NCBI GenBank assembly: GCA_947632585.1
Contig: CANRPS010000002.1
Location: forward strand, 8,232 to 72,231
Length of the DNA: 64,000 bases
Direction: 5' to 3'
Source: an uncultured Clostridia bacterium
Lineage (GTDB): Bacteria; Bacillota; Clostridia; TANB77; CAG-508
Shown here: positions 43,346-52,711 of the stretch, one piece after another
Layout: each line of letters begins with the position of its first letter
Numbering within the stretch: position 1 is the first letter of the stretch
The notes under the pieces: model-generated
The model's input: the letters and a program-made list of their open reading frames with translations, nothing else
Database searches by the model: none
What the model was told of the DNA's origin: nothing
Program-made: the position numbers and the translations under genes

Positions 43346-45226
43346 ATGTTAGAGAAAGTTAATGACACAAAAGATTTAAAAAACCTTAATATAAAGGAAA
43401 AACAGGAATTAGCAGAAGATATAAGAAAATACATAATAGAAGTAGTATCAGTTAATGGAGGACATTTAGCTTCAAATTTAGGCGCAGTAGAATTAACTAT
43501 TGCTTTAGAAAGTGTATTTGATGTAAATAAAGATAAAATAATATGGGATGTGGGACATCAAAGCTATGTTCATAAAATTTTAAATGGAAGAAAAGAAGAA
43601 CTAAAACATATAAGAAAATTTGGGTCAATTGCTGGATTCCCTAAAACCAAGGAATCTGAAACGGATTGTTTTAATACAGGACATAGTAGTACTTCGGTTT
43701 CTGCTGCTATGGGAATGGCAAAAGCTAGAGATTTAAGGAATGAAAAGCATTCGGTGGTTGCGGTAATAGGAGATGGAGCTTTAACTGGTGGTATGGCATT
43801 AGAAGCACTAAATCATATTGGAAGTACAGCAACTAATGTTATTGTTGTTTTAAATGATAATGAAATGAGTATATCAAAAAATATAGGTGGAATTAATATG
43901 CTTTTAAGTAAATTAAGAGCAAGAAAGACATATACTCTTTCGAACAAATCTGGTAAAAAAATATTAGATAAAATTCCTATTATAGGTACATTTTTAATAA
44001 AAAGTATAAGACGAATAAAAAGAAGTATTAAGCAACTAATTATTCCTAAAATGTTTTTTGAAGATATTGGATTTAAATATTTAGGACCAATTGATGGCCA
44101 TAATATGGAAGATATGGAACTTATTTTTAAAAGAGCAAAAGAATTAGAAGAGCCAGTATTGATACATGTATTAACAAAAAAAGGTAAAGGATATATTCCT
44201 GCGGAAGAAAAACCTGATAGATTTCATGCTACTTCTAGTTTTAATATAGAAACAGGAGAACCTTTAAAACAAAAGAAAAAAGATTATTCAAAGGCTTTTG
44301 GAGATAAACTACTAAAACTAGCAAGAAAAAATAAAAATATAGTAGCAATTACGGCTGCAATGAAAGATGGAACTGGACTTAAAGAATTTTCAAAAGAATT
44401 TCCTGAAAGATTTTTTGATGTAGGAATAGCAGAGCAACATGCTTTAACATTTGCGGCAGGACTTGCAAAAGAGGGAATGATACCTTTTGTTCCAATATAT
44501 TCATCATTTTATCAAAGGGCATATGATCAGGTTATTCATGACATATGTATACAAAATTTGCCAGTCATAATGTGTGTTGACAGAGCTGGAATCGTGGGTG
44601 AAGATGGAGAGACACATCAGGGAATATTTGATTTATCCTTTTTTAAACTGATTCCAAATATAAATATAATGGCACCAAAAGATTTTAAAGAATTAGAAAA
44701 CATGATGGAATTTGCCGTGAAATTAAAAGCGCCAGTTGTTATAAGATATCCTAGAGGATCAGAAGGTGAAGAAAAATTTAAAAAATATTTTTATTTACAA
44801 GATAAAAAAGCAGAAATATTAAGTTATGGAAATGATGTAACTATTATAGCAATAGGAAATCAGGTTTCAAAAGCCATGAAAATTTCTAAAAGCTTATATA
44901 AAAATGAAATAAAAGCTGAAGTAATAAATGCTAGATTTTTAAAACCTTTTGATAGTAGCACAATTTTAAAATCAATAAACAAAACAAGGTTTGTAATTAC
45001 ATTGGAAGATAACACTTTAATAGGTGGTCTTGGTTCTGAAGTTAAATCTTTAATTGCAGAAAAAAATATACAAAATGTTAGCATAAAAAGTTTTGGATAC
45101 CCAGATATATTTGTTGAGCATGGAAGTATTCCCGAATTAGAAAAAAAATATGGACTTGATGAAAATACAATATCAAATTATATAAAAAATACAATAAAAA
45201 ATAAAGAAAAGAAAAATATTATATAG
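43346..45226 (+). CDS. dxs: 1-deoxy-D-xylulose-5-phosphate synthase
   Basis: GGHLASNLGAVELTIAL and GHQSYVHKILNGR motifs, TPP-binding GDGALTGGMALEALN. 626 aa. Confidence 0.9.
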   Translation: MLEKVNDTKDLKNLNIKEKQELAEDIRKYIIEVVSVNGGHLASNLGAVELTIALESVFDVNKDKIIWDVGHQSYVHKILNGRKEELKHIRKFGSIAGFPKTKESETDCFNTGHSSTSVSAAMGMAKARDLRNEKHSVVAVIGDGALTGGMALEALNHIGSTATNVIVVLNDNEMSISKNIGGINMLLSKLRARKTYTLSNKSGKKILDKIPIIGTFLIKSIRRIKRSIKQLIIPKMFFEDIGFKYLGPIDGHNMEDMELIFKRAKELEEPVLIHVLTKKGKGYIPAEEKPDRFHATSSFNIETGEPLKQKKKDYSKAFGDKLLKLARKNKNIVAITAAMKDGTGLKEFSKEFPERFFDVGIAEQHALTFAAGLAKEGMIPFVPIYSSFYQRAYDQVIHDICIQNLPVIMCVDRAGIVGEDGETHQGIFDLSFFKLIPNINIMAPKDFKELENMMEFAVKLKAPVVIRYPRGSEGEEKFKKYFYLQDKKAEILSYGNDVTIIAIGNQVSKAMKISKSLYKNEIKAEVINARFLKPFDSSTILKSINKTRFVITLEDNTLIGGLGSEVKSLIAEKNIQNVSIKSFGYPDIFVEHGSIPELEKKYGLDENTISNYIKNTIKNKEKKNII

Positions 45227-45284
45227 AAAAATCTAGGAGGAAATTATTTAAATGAATATATTTCCTTCTAGATTTTTTAGATTT

Positions 45285-45737
45285 TTATTGTTCATCATCA
45301 TAGTGTTTAGAATTCATATTAGTAGTATAATAGTATACTAGTGCAATTATTGCGATTGCAAGTACAGCCATAATTAGCCAAATCCATGTAGTTGAATTCA
45401 TACCTAATAAGTTTCCATCAGTTGTAGCTGAAGTTCTTTCAGATGTGTAATTACTAGATTCAGTTGTACTATTTTCTACCATACCATTTGAATTATCTTT
45501 GCTTTGAGAAGTCATATCATTAGAAGTACCATTTTCCATGTTTTCTGTTGCATCTTTAGAAGCATTAGATATATCTCTTGCAGCGTCTTCAACACCATTT
45601 TCAGCGTCACCTACCATATTTCTTACACCATTTACAGCATCATGTATTCCAGAATTATCTTGTGATGCGAATGAACAACTAATTGTAAAAACTAAAAGTA
45701 AGAATAAAGTTAAACTAAATATTATTTTTTTGTGCAT
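45285..45737 (-). CDS. Hypothetical lipoprotein with C-terminal TM
   Basis: Signal peptide with lipobox-like FTISC. Low-complexity acidic body. C-terminal hydrophobic helix. Confidence 0.45.
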   Translation of the reverse strand: MHKKIIFSLTLFLLLVFTISCSFASQDNSGIHDAVNGVRNMVGDAENGVEDAARDISNASKDATENMENGTSNDMTSQSKDNSNGMVENSTTESSNYTSERTSATTDGNLLGMNSTTWIWLIMAVLAIAIIALVYYYTTNMNSKHYDDEQ

Positions 45738-45877
45738 TTTAATATCCTCCTAAAAAATTAAGTTTAAAAATAAACTTACTAATATTATTAAAAAAAATGC
45801 ACAAAATATACTATGAAAAAAATTCAAAAAAAACACTTTAATATTAGAATATTCTAATATTAAAGTGTGTAGTTTAA

Positions 45878-46303
45878 TTAACGATTACTTAATCTTATCA
45901 AAATAGCTATTGCTAAAAATATTAATAAAATACCAATTACTATTAAAGCAATGTTTATAATGTTAGTTATAGTTGAAGTACCTGAACTTGTGGAACTAGT
46001 TGATGCAACCTGTGAAGTACCTGAATTAGAAGTACTTTGTGAACTAGAATCTGATATTCCAAATAAATCTGAATCAGAAGAATTAGATGTGTTATTTTCA
46101 GAATTATTCATTGAATTACTTATAGAATTATTTGTAGAAGTATTTTCAATAGTATTTGAAGTATTAGAGTTGGTATTAGTGTTAGAAGTAATACTATTAT
46201 TAGATGAATTATCTGTTAAGTTTAAATCAATACCATAACAAAAACTAAATGAAAATATTAATGTTATAACAAATATTATAAATATTTTTAATAATTTTGA
46301 CAT
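45878..46303 (-). CDS. Ser/Thr/Asn-rich low-complexity secreted/membrane protein
   Basis: N-terminal signal, S/T/N-rich body, C-terminal TM. Confidence 0.4.
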   Translation of the reverse strand: MSKLLKIFIIFVITLIFSFSFCYGIDLNLTDNSSNNSITSNTNTNSNTSNTIENTSTNNSISNSMNNSENNTSNSSDSDLFGISDSSSQSTSNSGTSQVASTSSTSSGTSTITNIINIALIVIGILLIFLAIAILIRLSNR

Positions 46304-46487
46304 AATGCCCCTCCTTTAAGACTTTTTCCTTTGATATTAATATCATTATAATAACATAAAAATAAACAATTTGTCTATATTTTTTTAAAAAAATATTTAA
46401 TTTAAACAAAAAATAAACATAAGAACAAAAATATATTGTAAAAATAGTATATTTATGGTAAAATGCAAATATTCAAAGGAGGAAATC

Positions 46488-46940
46488 ATGTATTCGCCAG
46501 AAGAATTTGATGAGGCAAAAACTAAAGTTTTGAAATATATAATCTATAAAAGACGAACTGAAAATGAGGTCAAAATTAAATTTCAAAATTGTATAGAAGA
46601 AAATATGCTTCAAGATATAATAGAATATTTAAAACAAACAAATTATATTAATGATGAAGAATATATTCAAAAAGCTACAAATAATTTTAAAATTTTAAAA
46701 AATCTATCATTAACCGAATTAAAGTATAAATTATTAGGCAAGGGTTTAGACATATCATTGATAGAAAATTATTTTTATACTAATAAAGAAGAACTTATAG
46801 AATATGAAATAAAATCTGCTATGAACATTATAATAAAAAAGAAAAAAGATATGGATGAGTTACAAATAAAAAATTTTTTATTAAAAAAAGGTTATAAAAA
46901 TGATAATATAAATATAGCTTTTGAAAGAAGTAATAATTAA
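46488..46940 (+). CDS. recX: RecX-family regulatory protein
   Basis: Three-helix-repeat pattern typical of RecX. RBS aaggagg before the ATG at about 46488. Confidence 0.55.
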   Translation: MYSPEEFDEAKTKVLKYIIYKRRTENEVKIKFQNCIEENMLQDIIEYLKQTNYINDEEYIQKATNNFKILKNLSLTELKYKLLGKGLDISLIENYFYTNKEELIEYEIKSAMNIIIKKKKDMDELQIKNFLLKKGYKNDNINIAFERSNN

Positions 46941-46957
46941 GAAAAGGTGGGTATTAT

Positions 46958-48031
46958 ATGAAAAAAATATTATTTTCCGCATATTCGTTAGAAGTAGGAG
47001 GTATTGAAACAGCTCTTGTAACATTATTAAAAAATATCAATAATAAATATGAAATTACATTGGTTTTAGAAAAAAATGAAGGGATATTTACAAAAGATAT
47101 CCCAGAAAATATAAAAATAATTACTTACAAGCCCAATAATAATAAAAATAAATTAGTAAGAAAAATGAATAATTTTATAAAACAACAAATGTTTAAGATA
47201 AAGTATAAAAATAAATTTGATTATTCAGTATGTTATGCAACATATAGTTTCCCAGCTTCATTCTGTGCAAGAGTAGCAAGTCAAAACAATATTTTATGGG
47301 TACATAATGATTATATGAATTTTTATGAAAACAATATTATGAAGTATAAGGAATTCTTTAACAAATTAAAAGTTAATGAGTATAAAAAAATCATATTTGT
47401 TTCAGAAAATGATAGAAAAATCTTTTTAGGTCAGTTTAAAGATTTATCTGAAAAGTGTAAAGTTTGCAATAATTTAGTAGACTACCAAAAAATTATTAAC
47501 TTATCTAAAGAAGAAGTTTCAGATTATGATTTTAAAGAAAATACTATAACATTTATAAATTTGGGAAGACATGATGAGAAACAGAAGAAATTAAATAGAA
47601 TAATTGAAGCTACTAAAAGATTAAATAATGAAGGATACATATTTAAAGTAATATTCGTAGGAAATGGACAAGATACAGAAGATATAATGAAAAAAGCAGA
47701 AGGAGTAAACAACATTGAGTTTTTAGGATCGAAAAAAAATCCATATCCATATTTAAAAAATAGTGATTGTTTGATTTTATCTTCTGATTTTGAAGGATAC
47801 CCAGTTGTTTTTTTAGAAAGTATGATATTAGAAAAACCTATTATTGCAACAGATGTGTCAGATAGTAAAGAGGCAATCGATAAAAAGTATGGAATTGTAG
47901 TACCAAAGACAATCGAAGGAATTTATAACGGAATGAAAGATTTCTTAGATCACGGATTTAGTGTTCAAAAATTTGATCCGAAAGTTTATAATGATAAAAT
48001 TTTAAATAATTTAGAAGAAATTTTTAAATAG
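46958..48031 (+). CDS. Glycosyltransferase family 4
   Basis: GT-B fold with the C-terminal EGYP motif region (FEGYPVVFLESM). Confidence 0.7.
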   Translation: MKKILFSAYSLEVGGIETALVTLLKNINNKYEITLVLEKNEGIFTKDIPENIKIITYKPNNNKNKLVRKMNNFIKQQMFKIKYKNKFDYSVCYATYSFPASFCARVASQNNILWVHNDYMNFYENNIMKYKEFFNKLKVNEYKKIIFVSENDRKIFLGQFKDLSEKCKVCNNLVDYQKIINLSKEEVSDYDFKENTITFINLGRHDEKQKKLNRIIEATKRLNNEGYIFKVIFVGNGQDTEDIMKKAEGVNNIEFLGSKKNPYPYLKNSDCLILSSDFEGYPVVFLESMILEKPIIATDVSDSKEAIDKKYGIVVPKTIEGIYNGMKDFLDHGFSVQKFDPKVYNDKILNNLEEIFK

Positions 48032-48039
48032 GAGTAAAT

Positions 48040-48948
48040 ATGATAAGTTTTATAATACCAGCATATAATGCTGAAAAAACAATAGAAAGAGCTATTAATT
48101 CGATTTTAAATCAAAAACAAAGTAATCTTGATTATGAAGTTGTAGTAATAAATGATGGGTCAAAAGATCATTTAGATGACATTATGAAAAAATTTCAAAA
48201 AAATGAGAAAATAAATTATTATATTAAGAAAAATACAGGAGTTGCAGATACAAGAAACTATGGAGTATCAAAAGCTAAAGGAGATTATATAATTTTTGTC
48301 GATTGTGATGATTACATATCTGATACTCTTTTAAATGACATAGAACCATATATAAATGATGGTGTTGATTTAATAAAATGGCAGGCAGTATTGGTAGATG
48401 AAAATCAAAATGAATTATCTAGACCTGATGTGGTTCATTTTGATAAAACAAAAGGAGAAGAAGGATTTAATCTTTTATTTGGAAAAGATATTTTGATTGA
48501 TTGTTTATGGAATTATGCGATAAAAAAGAATATAATGCTGGAATTTCCTAAAGGTACATATCATGAAGATTTTGCTATTATGCCTCTTATTATTCTTAAA
48601 GCAAAAAATTTTGTGACTATTGATAAATATGAATACTATTATGTTCAGAGCAAAAATAGCATTATGAGAACTTTAAATAAGGATAAGACTAGAATTAAAT
48701 TAAAAGATAAATTAAACCATTTTGATAATTTGTTAAAAAAAGTAGGTTGCATGAATATCAGAAATTTTACAAAAGAAAATGTTGCAATATTTGCTACTAA
48801 TTCGTTACTTGCTACTATAAAGGATTTAAATGATGAAAATAAAACTTTTTTTGAAAAAGAACTTAAAGCAAGAAACATCTCTAGATATATAAAACCAAGA
48901 AATTTAAAGCAAATAATAAAAAAGATACATTTAAGCATAAAATATTAA
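48040..48948 (+). CDS. Glycosyltransferase family 2
   Basis: IIPAYNAEKTIERAINSILNQ ... VINDGSKD ... DCDD (GT-A DxD). Confidence 0.75.
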   Translation: MISFIIPAYNAEKTIERAINSILNQKQSNLDYEVVVINDGSKDHLDDIMKKFQKNEKINYYIKKNTGVADTRNYGVSKAKGDYIIFVDCDDYISDTLLNDIEPYINDGVDLIKWQAVLVDENQNELSRPDVVHFDKTKGEEGFNLLFGKDILIDCLWNYAIKKNIMLEFPKGTYHEDFAIMPLIILKAKNFVTIDKYEYYYVQSKNSIMRTLNKDKTRIKLKDKLNHFDNLLKKVGCMNIRNFTKENVAIFATNSLLATIKDLNDENKTFFEKELKARNISRYIKPRNLKQIIKKIHLSIKY

Positions 48949-49037
48949 AAATATATAGTAAATTCTTGATATGATATAAAAATTGTGATAAACTTTTTAG
49001 TATGTGACTAAAAGCAAAAACGGAGGTAAATGTAGAA

Positions 49038-50420
49038 ATGTTAGATTCAATGGACAAAATAGTAAACTTATGTAAATCAAGAGGATATATATATCCAAAC
49101 TCGGAAATATATGGTGGACTTTCAAATACATGGGATTATGGACCTATAGGTGTGGAATTGAAAAATAATATAAAAAAAGCTTGGATGAAAAAAATGGTTC
49201 AAGAAAATAAATATAATGTAGCATTAGATTCAGCTATATTAATGAATCCAGAAGTTTGGGTTACAACAGGACATGTGGCAAGCTTTTCAGATCCTTTAAT
49301 AGATTGTAAATCTTGTAAGACAAGACATAGAGCAGATAAATTGATTGAGGAATGGGCTGCAAAAAATGGAAAAGATGTTATTGCAGATGGATGGTCAGAT
49401 GAAGAAACTATTAAATACATAAATGAAAATAACATTGTTTGCCCTAATTGTGGTAAATTAGACTATACAAGTATTAGAAAATTTAATTTAATGTTTAAAA
49501 CTTTTCAAGGTGTAACAGAAGATGCGAAATCAGAAATATATTTAAGACCTGAAACAGCACAAGGAATATTTGTAAATTTTAAAAATGTTATAAGGACTAC
49601 TAGAAAAAAAATTCCTATGGGAATTTGCCAACAAGGTAAAGCTTTTAGAAATGAAATTACACCTGGTAATTTTATTTTTAGAATGCGTGAATTTGAACAA
49701 ATGGAAATGGAGTTTTTCTGTAAGCCTGATACAGATTTAGAATGGCATGAATATTGGAAAAAAGCTTGTATGGAATTTTTAATATCATTAGGTGCTAAAA
49801 AAGAAGACTTAAGATTTAGAAATCACTCTAAAGAAGAACTTTCATTTTATAGTAGAGCTACGGCTGATATAGAATATTATTTCCCATTTGGATGGGGAGA
49901 ACTTTGGGGTATTGCTGATAGAACAAACTATGATTTATCACGACATATGGAAGCAACAAAACAAGATTTAACATATCAAGATCCAGATACTGGTGAAAAG
50001 TATGTACCATTTGTAATAGAGCCTTCCGTAGGTGTAGATAGACTATTCTTAATGTTCTTATGTAATGGTTATGAAGAACAAGAAATAGAAAAAGATGATA
50101 TTAGAACTATATTACACCTTCATCCAGCACTTGCTCCTTATAAAGTTGCAGTATTACCATTATCTAAAAAGCTATCAGAAAAAGCTACTGAAATATATGA
50201 TAAATTATCAAAATCATTTATGTGTGATTATGATGAAGCAGGCTCTATAGGAAAAAGATATAGAAGAGAAGATGAAATTGGAACGCCTTATTGTTTAACA
50301 ATTGACTTTGATACATTAGAAGATGGAAAAGTTACTATAAGAGATAGAGATACAATGGAACAAATTCGTATTCCAATTGATGAAGTAGAAAATTGGATTA
50401 AAGAAAAAATAGAATTTTAA
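49038..50420 (+). CDS. glyQS: Glycine--tRNA ligase (alpha2 dimeric type)
   Basis: N-terminus [32 protein letters not shown] and class II motifs. 460 aa. Confidence 0.9.
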   Translation: MLDSMDKIVNLCKSRGYIYPNSEIYGGLSNTWDYGPIGVELKNNIKKAWMKKMVQENKYNVALDSAILMNPEVWVTTGHVASFSDPLIDCKSCKTRHRADKLIEEWAAKNGKDVIADGWSDEETIKYINENNIVCPNCGKLDYTSIRKFNLMFKTFQGVTEDAKSEIYLRPETAQGIFVNFKNVIRTTRKKIPMGICQQGKAFRNEITPGNFIFRMREFEQMEMEFFCKPDTDLEWHEYWKKACMEFLISLGAKKEDLRFRNHSKEELSFYSRATADIEYYFPFGWGELWGIADRTNYDLSRHMEATKQDLTYQDPDTGEKYVPFVIEPSVGVDRLFLMFLCNGYEEQEIEKDDIRTILHLHPALAPYKVAVLPLSKKLSEKATEIYDKLSKSFMCDYDEAGSIGKRYRREDEIGTPYCLTIDFDTLEDGKVTIRDRDTMEQIRIPIDEVENWIKEKIEF

Positions 50421-50433
50421 TAAAAATAAAAGA

Positions 50434-50478
50434 TTATGAAGTTATAATATATTGTGTATAATTTCATAATTTTTTTTA
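50434..50478 (+). terminator. Rho-independent terminator after glyQS
   Basis: attatgaa/ttcataat stem plus T7. Confidence 0.55.
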
Positions 50479-50559
50479 TGATTTTTGACGCAATTATTGC
50501 TTATATCTAACAAATGATAAAGAGGTAAATTTAAGATTTTAATAGATATTTATAAAAAA

Positions 50560-50586
50560 TTTCGCAGAATTAAATATTCTACGAAA
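50560..50586. repeat. Left inverted repeat (27 bp) of candidate invertible promoter 1
   Basis: tttcgcagaattaaatattctacgaaa. Itself a palindrome (10-bp arms, 5-nt asymmetric spacer taaat). Confidence 0.7.
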
Positions 50587-50735
50587 GTTTTATATTAATA
50601 TAATATCAATAAAAGATTTGTTTTACAATAGTTTTTACAAAAAAAATATAAAAAATTACCTTTTTATAAAAAAGTATTTTAATTAATATAAATCTTTGAA
50701 TAGTCTATAAATGAAGTAATATTTCTCTAATGAAT
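50587..50735. promoter_or_regulatory. Candidate invertible 149-bp promoter segment (inverton) upstream of BspA-like gene 1
   Basis: Flanked by perfect 27-bp inverted repeats. AT-rich with promoter-like hexamers. Confidence 0.5.
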
Positions 50736-50762
50736 TTTCGTAGAATATTTAATTCTGCGAAA
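50736..50762. repeat. Right inverted repeat of inverton 1
   Basis: tttcgtagaatatttaattctgcgaaa, the exact reverse complement of 50560-50586 including the spacer and the arm mismatch. Confidence 0.7.
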
Positions 50763-50782
50763 ATATCAAAGGAGAAAGAAAA

Positions 50783-52354
50783 ATGATAAAATCAATAGTT
50801 ACAAGAGAAAAGTGTAAAGTAACAAGTAAAAAAGGAATAACATTAATAGCATTAGTGGTAACAATAATAGTGCTATTAATATTAGCGGGAATATCAATAC
50901 AAATGTTAACAGGACAAAATGGAATACTAAAAAGGGCAGAAGAAGCAAAAATAAAAACAGATTTAGCAAAAGAAAAGGAATTTTTGGATTTTTCAGTAAC
51001 ATCAGCTTTTACTCCAGAAAGTTTATATAGTGAATTTACACTAGATAGTTTACAAACAAGTCTAAATTCTTATTTTGGTAATAATGAAGCAACTGCTGTT
51101 GAAAATCCAGATGGTTCTTTTACTATTAAAATTAAAGAAAGTGGTAATGAATATCAATTAACAAAAACTGGTCAAGAAATTAATGTTAATAAAGTAAAAG
51201 ACGAGCATCCAGCATTTCTTTCTGGAACTGGTTCTGAAGAAGACCCATTTTTAATAGAAAGTATTGAGGATTTAGTATTTTTCTCATATCAAGTAAGAGA
51301 AGGTATTGAAAATTATGAAGGAAAATATGTTGAGCTTGCAACAGATTTAAACTTTTCTTCAAGTAATAGTTACGTTGACCCAAATTGTGAAGATTATAGC
51401 AAGTATGGATACACTGGAAAAATTAAAGAGGAAATTGATAAAAATGGTTTTATTCCAATTGGACAATTAGGTCGTAAAAATGAAACTTCTTATCAAAAAT
51501 ATTTTAAAGGAACATTTGATGGAAAAAAGCATAGTATAATAAATCTAAGTATAAGCAAGAATTTAGAATTAGAAGAAGATGTTAATGGAGACATAGGTTT
51601 CTTTACAATTAATTTCGGTACAATTAAAAATTTAAACCTTATTTCAAATTCATCTATAAATTTAAAAACGTCAAATCAGTTTGCTGCAGTAGGCTTTTTA
51701 TGTGGAGTAGTTGGGATGAAGGATGTTGGAGATGGTTTTATTGAAGATTGTAAAGTTGGTGGTAACTTAACAGCAAATATTATAGGATATGCTTTTAATG
51801 TTGGTGGACTTGTTGGGGCGTTAAATGGAGAAATTAAAGGTTGTATTAATAGTACAAATATAACAATTGAGAGTAATCTTTCTGGAGCATTAAGAGTTGG
51901 AGGAGTTTGTGGAGCTATGGATATTAATTCAGTTGTTGAAAATTGTTATAATACAGGAAAACTTGCTATTGGTACTAATGTTAGCGGATACGTTGGAGGT
52001 ATAACAGGCATTATTGGACAAACAGCAAATAGTATAAAAAACGTGTATAATATTGGAAAAATAGAAGAAACATCAACTTCTTCTAGTAGAGGGCTTAATA
52101 TTGGTGGAGTAGTTGGGTTTAAAGATGGATCATCTTCTTGTGTTGTTGAAAAAACATATAGTTTAGATGGCTTAATAACAACACATAATTCAAATTCGTT
52201 AATAACAGATACAGGTTACGAGAAAAAAACAAACAAGGAACTTTCTGGTCAGGCTGGTGTTACACTTTTAAATACTGGTAATGATAACCCTATTTGGGTG
52301 GAAGATACAAATAATATAAATAATGGGTATCCAATTTTAAAATGGCAAGTTTAA
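50783..52354 (+). CDS. Surface protein with prepilin-like N-terminal anchor and Gly/Val-rich repeat body (paralog 1)
   Basis: N-terminus KKG|ITLIALVVTIIVLLILAGISI resembles a type IV prepilin cleavage/methylation segment (Ala instead of Glu at +5). Body is repetitive (GGVxG ... NIGG). First 59 aa are almost identical to the ORF at 52712. Confidence 0.6.
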   Translation: MIKSIVTREKCKVTSKKGITLIALVVTIIVLLILAGISIQMLTGQNGILKRAEEAKIKTDLAKEKEFLDFSVTSAFTPESLYSEFTLDSLQTSLNSYFGNNEATAVENPDGSFTIKIKESGNEYQLTKTGQEINVNKVKDEHPAFLSGTGSEEDPFLIESIEDLVFFSYQVREGIENYEGKYVELATDLNFSSSNSYVDPNCEDYSKYGYTGKIKEEIDKNGFIPIGQLGRKNETSYQKYFKGTFDGKKHSIINLSISKNLELEEDVNGDIGFFTINFGTIKNLNLISNSSINLKTSNQFAAVGFLCGVVGMKDVGDGFIEDCKVGGNLTANIIGYAFNVGGLVGALNGEIKGCINSTNITIESNLSGALRVGGVCGAMDINSVVENCYNTGKLAIGTNVSGYVGGITGIIGQTANSIKNVYNIGKIEETSTSSSRGLNIGGVVGFKDGSSSCVVEKTYSLDGLITTHNSNSLITDTGYEKKTNKELSGQAGVTLLNTGNDNPIWVEDTNNINNGYPILKWQV

Positions 52355-52442
52355 AATTAAATTTACATTTTTCAAATATGTTTTTTTAGTATTAGACATA
52401 TTTTATAATTCAGATACTCTTTTACAATGAATTAATATAATC

Positions 52443-52471
52443 ATAACCGCACGTAAAATGTGCGGTTATGA
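52443..52471 (+). other. Strong GC hairpin between paralog 1 and inverton 2 (possible terminator/insulator)
   Basis: ataaccgcac-gtaaaat-gtgcggttat. Confidence 0.4.
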
Positions 52472-52486
52472 TTGTATATAAAAAAA

Positions 52487-52513
52487 ATTCGCAGAATTAT
52501 CTATTCTGCGAAT
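52487..52513. repeat. Left inverted repeat of inverton 2
   Basis: attcgcagaattatctattctgcgaat. Confidence 0.7.
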
Positions 52514-52664
52514 TTTTCTTTTATTAATGATATCAATAAAATATTTATTTTACAATAGTTTTTACAAAAAAAAATATAAAAAAATATATTTCTATAAAAA
52601 AGTATTTTAATTAATATAAATCTTTGAATAGTCTATGAATAAAGTAAATATTCCTTTATTAAAT
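52514..52664. promoter_or_regulatory. Candidate invertible promoter segment upstream of BspA-like gene 2
   Basis: Flanked by perfect inverted repeats. The segment is homologous to 50587-50735. Confidence 0.5.
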
Positions 52665-52691
52665 TTTCGCAGAATAGATAATTCTGCGAAA
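52665..52691. repeat. Right inverted repeat of inverton 2
   Basis: tttcgcagaatagataattctgcgaaa, the reverse complement of the left copy including the spacer. Confidence 0.7.
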
Positions 52692-52711
52692 GTATCAAAG
52701 GAGAAAGAAAA

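Larger units (their letters stand above)
50551..50965 (+). repeat. About 415-bp segment (upstream region plus first 60 codons) duplicated at 52481-52895
   Basis: Near-identical promoter/IR region and identical 59-aa N-terminal coding module shared by the two BspA-like genes. Confidence 0.7.

Noticed and set aside
50560-52691. Reading the paired palindromes as two operator sites for a looping repressor rather than recombination sites
   Set aside because: Not fully rejected, but less favoured. In both loci the second copy is the exact reverse complement of the first, including the asymmetric spacer and an arm mismatch. That is the hallmark of inversion sites. Independently maintained operators have no reason to preserve inverted spacer asymmetry.
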